Positions 9,383 to 16,008 of a stretch of DNA of 18,718 nucleotides are shown in pieces. This DNA is from Acaryochloridaceae cyanobacterium VAR_48_metabat_390 (GTDB lineage: Bacteria; Cyanobacteriota; Cyanobacteriia; Thermosynechococcales; Thermosynechococcaceae). The notes beneath the pieces are model-generated. The model was not told the DNA's origin, did not search any database, and saw only the letters and a list, made by a program, of their open reading frames with translations. Made by a program: the position numbers and the translations under genes. Each line of letters starts with the position of its first letter. Position 1 is the first letter of the stretch. Location: positions 1 to 18,718 of the forward strand of contig JANPLU010000061.1 of NCBI GenBank assembly GCA_031422435.1, written 5' to 3'.

Positions 9383-9499
9383 GCACCCGTTTGAAAAGTT
9401 GGCTCAAAGCCTTGTATATCAAGGCTTTGAAGCAATTAAAGCATTCCGATTGAAAAGCCCTTCAGGTAAGGGTTACAAAATACTTTTCAAACAGGTGCT
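9382..9499. mobile_element. MITE-like element (118 bp)
   Basis: 18-bp terminal inverted repeats AGCACCCGTTTGAAAAGT / ACTTTTCAAACAGGTGCT (17/18 match), plus an internal palindrome TCAAAGCCTTG-N5-CAAGGCTTTGA. Confidence 0.65.
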
Positions 9500-9559
9500 G
9501 GGATGATTGCCTTCTCCAGCGCCAGCCCCAGCAAAAACAGTGAAATATCCCACACAAAA

Positions 9560-9985
9560 CTAGCGCCAACAGGAGAGTGGATAACGTTTACTATTCCAGG
9601 TTGTCCAGCCAGATGCTTTATTGCTTATGGGCTTTGCCAAAAACCAACGATTCCCGTCAGCATGATTAAAGAACAGTCCGCCATTATTACCTGAACGGGG
9701 ATTGTTGAGGGCGACCCAGCGACTCCCGTTGTCAGAAAATTATCCTGCCCAGCGAACGCCAGAAGTAGTAGAGCAAATATTTCCACTACAGTTGGTTTGA
9801 GGGTCATCGACAACGCTCCATCTCATTTGAGCAGAGCGTCCGTCAATATTGCAGTTCCATGAACCACTCCACCAACCTCCGACTTGACTTGCATTGGCTG
9901 GTATCGCAACGGCTAAGCCCAAAGCAATGCCAGAAAGCGTGTGCCGTGAATAGCGCATTGCGGTTTTGATGCAGTTATTAGTCAT
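9560..9985 (-). pseudogene. Secreted DUF6006-like protein with a premature TAA at 9740-9742
   Basis: Signal peptide then WNCNIDGRSAQMRWSVVDD...GVRWAG*FSDNGSRWVALNN...HADGNRWFL...GWTTWNSKRYPLSCWR*. The same frame continues for 59 Trp-rich codons past the stop. The family name is from recall. Confidence 0.7.
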
Positions 9986-10114
9986 TGGAATAACCTCTGT
10001 CTTTTGTAAGGTGGGTAGCTGAGTTTATTGTTCTGCCGTTGTTCAGAGCGATTGATAAGTACCTGGCGGTTTGATCTTTGAATTAGGATTGTGTTTCCCC
10101 CATGCCTTTGTATT

Positions 10115-10831
10115 TCAACCCCAGCTAAAGGCAAAACAGTGATTGCTGCTTGATTTCTCTGTGATCTTGCTCACCGCACTTAGAAAAATTTCATCCGTGT
10201 CATAAAAACCACCATTTTGCTCCAGCCCTAGCCCACCCAGCAGCCCTGCCAGCCACAGCTTCACAAGCGAAAGCCTCGTCTCGTGCTGAAGCTGCCTGAT
10301 CGCCGCAGACTCAAGCCTCTGCCGCTGAAGCCATCCCCCTATCGCCTCAGCCCAAGCCGCAATATCTTCATCATACTCAAGCGCCTCAACCTCATCCTCT
10401 GCACCTTCACCGACGAAGGTTTCCAGCTCAGCCAGCACCTCAGCCTTCTCTCGATACTCAACGACTGACTCCATGTCCTCGTGAGACTTTTCGGAAAATG
10501 ATCGCACATAAAGCTCAGGCACCGCGACAAAATCGCTTAAATCGAGTGAAAAAGACTGCCGGACAAACTCAGTAAATAAGTCCTCATCCAACACAGGTCC
10601 ATCACCAGGTTGACGATACCAATCATCCGCCCAAGCCGAAGCACGAGCCGCCAGGACATTCGCCATCTGTTCAATCGCATCCCCCGCCATTGCCAGCTTC
10701 TGCCCTACGGGAGTCCGGTCAATGGCTTCATCGAATGCCAGACAAAGCTGTCGCCAGTCCGTCGCCTGCGGTGTGGCCTGCGCTTGCTCAAGCTGCTGCC
10801 ATAGGTCTAGCTGAAGCTGAACAATGGTCAC
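10115..10831 (-). CDS. Conserved plasmid-type hypothetical protein (acidic, possible C-terminal winged helix)
   Basis: 238-aa ORF starting 3 bp after the stop of the upstream gene; QLQLDLWQQL start and ...LWLAGLLGGLGLEQNGGFY end. Confidence 0.7.
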   Translation of the reverse strand: MTIVQLQLDLWQQLEQAQATPQATDWRQLCLAFDEAIDRTPVGQKLAMAGDAIEQMANVLAARASAWADDWYRQPGDGPVLDEDLFTEFVRQSFSLDLSDFVAVPELYVRSFSEKSHEDMESVVEYREKAEVLAELETFVGEGAEDEVEALEYDEDIAAWAEAIGGWLQRQRLESAAIRQLQHETRLSLVKLWLAGLLGGLGLEQNGGFYDTDEIFLSAVSKITEKSSSNHCFAFSWG

Positions 10832-10834
10832 TTT

Positions 10835-11320
10835 TTACCCCCCACCACAGACCGGACAAAGCCCAGGCGATCGCTCCTGCTGCACATCAAACTTACCCAG
10901 ATTCTCCCCCGCCTGTCCTGACAAGGCAGACAGTACCTCCCTCAAAAATTCCTTGACCTGAGCCGCCGATAACCCCTGAGCATGGACAGGCTCAATCTTA
11001 GCCACCACCCGATCACCCATCCTTAGCTCAGCCCCAATCGCATGAAGGGGTGCATCCACTCGCGCCCGATAAAGGTGCAGCTCAGCAGATGCCACAGCGG
11101 GAGAGGTGATCGCCAAAACAACAGGCTCATGCCCCGCCGTCACGCGATACTGCTGTCGCTTGCTGGCATTGTAGCGATCGCGGTTGCGGTAGTAAGACCG
11201 TCTCTTGTGGCAGGGTTCACCCACCCAGCAGCCCGTACCGCTGGAGCCATGACGGGCTATGGCTTCTTCGGCAGAAAGCTTGGTGCAAAGGCGGCATTTT
11301 TCGCTTTGGGATTTTGGCAT
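10835..11320 (-). CDS. Hypothetical Cys/His-rich, basic protein (possible Zn-binding DNA-binding protein)
   Basis: CRLC...H...CW...CHKRRSYYRNR at the N-terminus and CPVC at the C-terminus; tightly linked to the downstream ORF. Confidence 0.7.
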   Translation of the reverse strand: MPKSQSEKCRLCTKLSAEEAIARHGSSGTGCWVGEPCHKRRSYYRNRDRYNASKRQQYRVTAGHEPVVLAITSPAVASAELHLYRARVDAPLHAIGAELRMGDRVVAKIEPVHAQGLSAAQVKEFLREVLSALSGQAGENLGKFDVQQERSPGLCPVCGGG

Positions 11321-11859
11321 AAGTGGAGCAGCCGTATGGAATTATCATAATCGCCCAAACGCTTGCTGCGGGGGTAAAACCAGACACCCTTACGATACCA
11401 TGCCCTTGTTCACTAGAGTTTAACTAGAGTTAATATAATGACAATTATTTAGAGTAAAAGATCTTAGGGAAAGGCTGAAATGACCAAAATTCGTACTTTC
11501 GACTTTTGAAGGGTGGAAACCGTGGCAACGATTCGTGTTTTTAGGTATCACAGGAGCAGGAAACCTTTGTCTAGAAAGGGTTGTAGAGCTTTTTGTAGTC
11601 TAAAGTATGAAATTTTTTAGGCTGAAAGCTATAGACAGCAAAGGTTACAGCCTTAGCGTTGTTTCCTGTTCCGATGTTAATTGCTCACTCTAGAAGCCTT
11701 TCAACGTAAAGGATACAGAGCCATCTTTCACACGTATCTCGGCTCAGCGTTTGAGCGGTACAGTAAAGGGATGAACAGTTGACGGTTTCCTCTCAAAATG
11801 AGAGAATAAATGCAGCGTTAAATCGTTTTCAGTCGCTCTCTTGGATAGCAGCCGAGGCA

Positions 11860-12159
11860 ATGCATCTCATTTCAATTCGCAATTTGCGGCAAGATTCGTC
11901 TCGATATCCTCATCTCAAAAAGGTGATTGACGAGTGGTATTCAATTTTAAGAAAGGCTCAATGGCAGAGCCTAGATGATGTCCGCAGAATTTTTAGAGAC
12001 GCTGAAGCAGTTGGAAATTTTACGGTTTTTAACATCAAAGGTAATGAATATCGGCTGATTGTAGGGATTGACTACGAAAATCAAGTGGTTTACTACAAAT
12101 ACCTTCTAACTCACGCTGAATACGACAAGGATAGATGGAAAAATGACCCTTACTTTTGA
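11860..12159 (+). CDS. higB: HigB-family toxin (RelE-like mRNA interferase)
   Basis: MHLISIRNL...VFNIKGNEYRLIVGIDY...LTHAEYDKDRWK; ATG 11860 with GAGG RBS; toxin precedes antitoxin. Confidence 0.92.
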   Translation: MHLISIRNLRQDSSRYPHLKKVIDEWYSILRKAQWQSLDDVRRIFRDAEAVGNFTVFNIKGNEYRLIVGIDYENQVVYYKYLLTHAEYDKDRWKNDPYF

Positions 12160-12541
12160 TAAGACTCTGTACTGCAACTTACTGAGCGAGATCGCGCCGA
12201 AAATCATTGAGACAGAAGATGAGTATGAATCTGCGCTGTCCGTTGCAGAGCGCTTGACGTTTCAAAAGGAACGAACGCCTGAAGAGACGGCTTTATATAA
12301 GCTTCTGGTGACGCTCATTGAGTCTTATGAAACAGAGCATTATGCTTTGGATGAATCGCAGCCGCACGAAATTCTCCAGCACATCATGGAATCGAGTGGT
12401 ATGCGCCAAGCCGATTTGGTCGGTGTTGTAGGCTCTAGCGGCGTAGTGTCAGAGATTGTCAATGGGAAGCGCTCAATCAGCAAAGCCCAGGCAAAAGCGC
12501 TTGGAGAACACTTTAAGGTGTTACCCAGCCTATTTATTTGA
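12143..12541 (+). CDS. higA: HigA-family antitoxin (Xre HTH)
   Basis: PKIIETEDEYE and LIESYE motifs, HTH RQADLV..GSSGVVSEIVNGKRSISKAQAKAL; overlaps higB by 17 bp. Confidence 0.92.
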   Translation: MTLTFDKTLYCNLLSEIAPKIIETEDEYESALSVAERLTFQKERTPEETALYKLLVTLIESYETEHYALDESQPHEILQHIMESSGMRQADLVGVVGSSGVVSEIVNGKRSISKAQAKALGEHFKVLPSLFI

Positions 12542-12550
12542 GGTTTGTCT

Positions 12551-13566
12551 ATGTCTGTACCCGCTGTCAAACTCATTCCTGTTCCAGCGATCGCCACAGT
12601 TTCGGCAATTCCATCGCAGGGTGAAAAGCGAATGCTTGGAGCGTTAGCATCGCCCCAGACTCAGCCAGCCCTAGCCGACCTGCGCTGGTCGCGGGTGGAA
12701 GAGTTCTTGCGAAGTCGCGATCTGCGGCCTAACACGCGCAAAGCTTACGAACGAGAGTTTAGGGCATTTCTAGACTGGACAGAGAAGGGCTGGCAGGACA
12801 TCAATGCGCGGGACATTGATCGCTACAAGATGCATCTCAAGAGTTTGCCATCCAAGCAGGGTGGTCAGCGAAAGGCAGCGACGATTAACCTATCTTTATC
12901 AGCGTTACAGAGCATCTTTAAGTGGCTTTGTGCCCGTGACTATATCGGTAAAGACCCGATGCTGATTGAGAAACCGAAGTCAGACCCCATCGTGCCGAAG
13001 GAATGGTCGCCGGATGAGGTGAAGGCACTCTTTGAGGCAACCACTCAGCAGGGAAAGACGGAACCCCGCGATCGGGCTTTACTATGGGTGCTGCTGCATG
13101 GCCTTCGCGCGAGAGAATTGGAAGCGCTGAACGTCGGTGACTTTGATGGGCATCGGGTGAACATCCGCGAAGCAAAGATGACAGCGTAGGTCAGGTGCCA
13201 TTGCTGCCGGAAGCAGTGGAAACGTTGGAGATTTACCTAAACTTTAGGAGCTGCTGGGGTGAAGTGGTGGAGCCAGAGTCACCATTGTTCCTTTCTGTGT
13301 CGAACAACAGCAAGGGCGATCGCTTGGGCTATTGGGGTATCTACAATGTCGTGAAGGAACTGGCGGAAATTGCTGGAGTGAAGGATGCCCATCCGCACCA
13401 GGGGCGACATACGGTAGCGACGGAGATGGTCACGCGGGGGATGGATCCTTTGTTAGCGCGGCAGATTACGCGGCATAAGTCGGAGAAGAGTTTTGAACGC
13501 TACAGTAAGCGATCGCTACAGAAGCAAGCTGAGGCTCAGTTTTTGGGGCTGATGGGGCAGGGGTGA
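12551..13566 (+). pseudogene. Tyrosine recombinase (XerD-like, plasmid resolvase type) split by a -1 frameshift at about 13177
   Basis: ORF1 has the SAM-like N-terminal domain and HGLRAREL (catalytic R). A -1 shift gives REAK-DDSVGQVPL..., continuing into HPHQGRH, TRH and FERY (catalytic HxxR, H, Y). Confidence 0.85.
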
Positions 13567-13595
13567 TCGGTAGTGCAATCAATCGCTTCAAGCAC

Positions 13596-14047
13596 AAGCA
13601 TCGAGAGGACTGCGATTGCTTCCTCATGGGTTAAGCTGTCAGGCATTTACTTTGCATAGTTATCTAAGCTATACCCCATAAAACATAAGAGTCAGTGTGG
13701 AAAACTAAAAGCCTATCAGCTTAGCACAGTGGGCAAATAGCGAGATTGTTTGGCTCGCACAGCATCAATACGACCGTCGATGTCTTGATGTAGAACATGA
13801 CGGTAGAGAAAAACTAAAGCACTAAGGGCTTGATTTTGAGTAGAAGCTGCAACCTTTCTTTGCACCACGAGATAGGTCAAGAAAGCTTCAATTTCAGCCG
13901 CACCCATATTTTGGGATGGCGTTTATTGTGGAAAACAATAAACCGATAAGTCGAGTCCACATAAGACTGCTCAGTGCAGTAGGAATAATGCTTAAGGCGT
14001 AGGACATTATGCAACTGATCCAAAATCTTTTTGGGCTGCTCAACTAT
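13596..14047 (-). pseudogene. intI: Integron integrase N-terminal relic
   Basis: (I)VEQPKKILDQLHNVLRLKHYSYCTEQSYVD..RFIVFHNKRHPK / frameshift near 13910 / MGAAEIEAFLTYLVVQRKVAASTQNQALSALVFLYRHVL...LPTVL [MITE] THEEAIAVLSML. ATA stands where the start codon is expected, and the catalytic domain is missing. Confidence 0.85.
13634..13721. mobile_element. 88-bp MITE with TA target duplication (IS630-like), inserted in intI
   Basis: Imperfect TIRs AGCTGTCAGGCATTTACTTT / AAACTAAAAGCCTATCAGCT, flanked by TA at 13632-13633 and 13722-13723. Removing it restores the frame GTG CTA ACC CAT GAG GAA (VLTHEE). Confidence 0.8.
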
Positions 14048-14131
14048 TCCAGACACTCAAAGAAATGCAAAGGTATTGACATTAATGGGAAGAAAAGTTA
14101 ATAAAAATGCCATCCGAAAAAACACTGAATT

Positions 14132-14276
14132 TATCCGCCTATATGACGAAAAGAGCGATATGGATGGACAAGTATCCGTCTATATGCCAAATTGGACGAT
14201 ATAGGTGAACTGTTATCCGTCTATATAGCCTACAGGTTGATATGGGTGAATGCTGTCCGTCTACATATAGTTAGCC
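14132..14276 (+). promoter_or_regulatory. Putative attI site with a periodic repeat array
   Basis: T(A/G)TCCG(C/T)CTA(T/C)AT occurs at 14132, 14173, 14214 and 14254, interleaved with inverted copies. It ends in a G/TTAGCC core (14270-14276) and is divergent from intI. Confidence 0.65.
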
Positions 14277-14329
14277 CGCTCTCCAACGCGGTCGTCACAA
14301 CAAAAGCAAACAGGGGGAAGGAGATAAAA

Positions 14330-14606
14330 ATGGCACCAGTCGTAAAAGATGTGCGTCGTGAAACCCACGCAAAAATAAGCACCAGAATCGTAGCCGCTTT
14401 GGAAAAAGAATTCGGCATAGTACAGACCACTGGCCTGCATATTGATTTGGGCGATCACGCAGACATTTGGCTCTCTATTCAGCCCGATTTTTCAAAGAGT
14501 GAATTGTCAGACGAAAGAATTGTAGCCGCGTTGGAAAAAGAGTTCGACATCAAATTTGAGCAAGGCGCTTTTATTCGATTTGGCGACGACCAACAAGGAG
14601 CGGATG
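14330..14606 (+). CDS. First integron cassette ORF, hypothetical with an internal 44-aa duplication; 3' end cut by ISKra4 (reads on to a TAG at 14644 inside the IS)
   Basis: RBS GGAG, ATG 14330 about 60 bp after the GTT core; RIVAALEKEF(G/D)I occurs twice, 132 bp apart. Confidence 0.6.
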
Positions 14607-15818
14607 GGGAGCATCTCACTTTTGCGATGAGTAGAAATACTTAGGCAACATTTTTTAATTGAAGCGATATCGAGAAATAACCATTAAGGTAAGCACACCG
14701 ATGTCTGAGAACCTGAGGGACATTCTTGGTTGCCCATTGTGCTCCCGACAGTTTAACCCGTCTCCCAATTTGTTTGATGCTTGATTCAACAGATCCCGAT
14801 CCAATGGAAACCCCTTCCTGCTGCAAGTATTCATAATTGGGAACACGGCATCTATGCTTTTCCAGATAAGCTACAAAGTTCAGGGCTTCGGAACTTTTAC
14901 ACTCATCGAATTGTGAAATCGCCGCATCTAGCTGTCCTTTCCACAGCAGCGCTTCAACCTGTTCGATCCGTTTGAGAGAGCCTGGAACTTTGTAAAGGTT
15001 CTCTTTCAAATGAAACCAATCCAGAACTTCATAACGCTGTTTGGGGGCACCAATCCCCGCAAACAGATTCCAAATCCCATCATGGCCATCGCCCAATCCC
15101 ACAAAGACTTCACCCAATTTCTGGCAATTTGCCCAGCTTAAAAGCGCTGCATTATCTTTGAAATAGGCTGCAACAGCCTGGTTATGGAGACAAAGCGCTT
15201 TATAGTCGTTCCAAATACAAGGTTGGCCTTCAGGGGTGCGTAGCCGCACTTTACCACCATCAATACTCATCTCCAGCACGGGTTCGCTGACGACTTCTTC
15301 GCTAAATGTGTATCGATGCACCAATCGCTGTTGTGTGCTGTGGGAGATACTCATGCCCGTTAAAACCTGGATATCTTGCGATGCTCGTTCATAAGATTCA
15401 TTCGCGCTCAACAGTAGGCAGCACTTCTCCAAGTGACCGCTGATTTGGGCATGGGGGGCAACCTGCAACTTTTGAGCCTGTTTCTGGGTGAGCTCTAGCT
15501 CTCCGATACAACTTCTAAGTCTTCGGGACTTGCCTGCTGTCGTTTCTGTCTTTGATTGGATAAAAAAATTCCAATTTGGGGACTGACACTTTCGAGCATA
15601 TGGTGACGGACGGCTTGTTCAATATCTTCAAGACTCTGGAGTTTCTCGACATCTGTATTTTGATATAGGATGGCAGCAACGGCATCCAAGTGGACTTTTA
15701 TGGTCTGTTTTTCTTCGGGAGTCATACGCTTCACTCCAAGTACAGTGCCTCAAGTCTCCCGTTTTTAATGTCTTAAATGCTTGAGTATAAATACTTATCG
15801 CAAAAGTGAGATGCTCCC
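14607..15818 (-). mobile_element. ISKra4-family insertion sequence (1212 bp)
   Basis: TIRs GGGAGCATCTCACTTTTGCGAT / ATCGCAAAAGTGAGATGCTCCC; no target duplication is visible. Confidence 0.9.
14641..15725 (-). CDS. ISKra4-family DDE transposase, translated through a -1 frameshift at a T7 run (15562-15568)
   Basis: MTPEEKQ...SPQIGIF then, in the -1 frame, IQSKTETTAGKSRRLRSCIGEL...; motifs SIDGGKVRLRT, LGDGHDGIWN, LDWFHLKENL and IGSGSVES. Confidence 0.88.
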
Positions 15819-15819
15819 A

Positions 15820-16005
15820 TTGTTAACGACTACGTGTGAGCTGATGGAAGATCCATCGAAATTGGCTTACTGGACTCAAGATATCATGGGTCTTGATCTT
15901 AATTACAGCAGCGAGGAATGGAAAATGTTAGGAGAAATGGGTATCAACAATGCAGAAGAATTTATGGTGACTGTTTGGCAAGAATTAGAAAACTTAAACT
16001 TATAA
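15820..16005 (+). pseudogene. Possible 3' remnant of a gene truncated by ISKra4, upstream of the globin gene
   Basis: The frame LLTTTCELMEDPSKLAYW...EEFMVTVWQELENLNL* is open right from the IS end and stops 3 bp before the globin ATG. Confidence 0.5.
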
Positions 16006-16008
16006 TCG

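Larger units (their letters stand above)
1579..13516. repeat. HIP1 octamers (GCGATCGC), at least 12 copies
   Basis: Seen at 1579, 2164, 3478, 5092, 7389, 8229, 8456, 10867, 11174, 12587, 13316 and 13509. Confidence 0.85.

Noticed and set aside
3141..9742. Alternative genetic code or stop-codon readthrough explaining the internal stops
   Set aside because: The internal stops are of three different types (TAG, TGA, TAA), and all three codons terminate intact genes in this window.
11779..11859. N-terminal extension of HigB in the ORF track
   Set aside because: Family similarity and the RBS point to ATG 11860.
14132..14266. CRISPR mini-array
   Set aside because: Repeats are only 13 bp, the intervening sequences share an inverted motif rather than being unique spacers, and no cas genes are present.
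14192..14329. N-terminal extension of the cassette ORF
   Set aside because: It runs through the repeat array/attI; the RBS-supported start is ATG 14330.
15562..15568. ISKra4 transposase split as evidence of a pseudogene
   Set aside because: A -1 shift at a T-run is the usual arrangement in these cyanobacterial elements; TIRs and catalytic motifs are intact.
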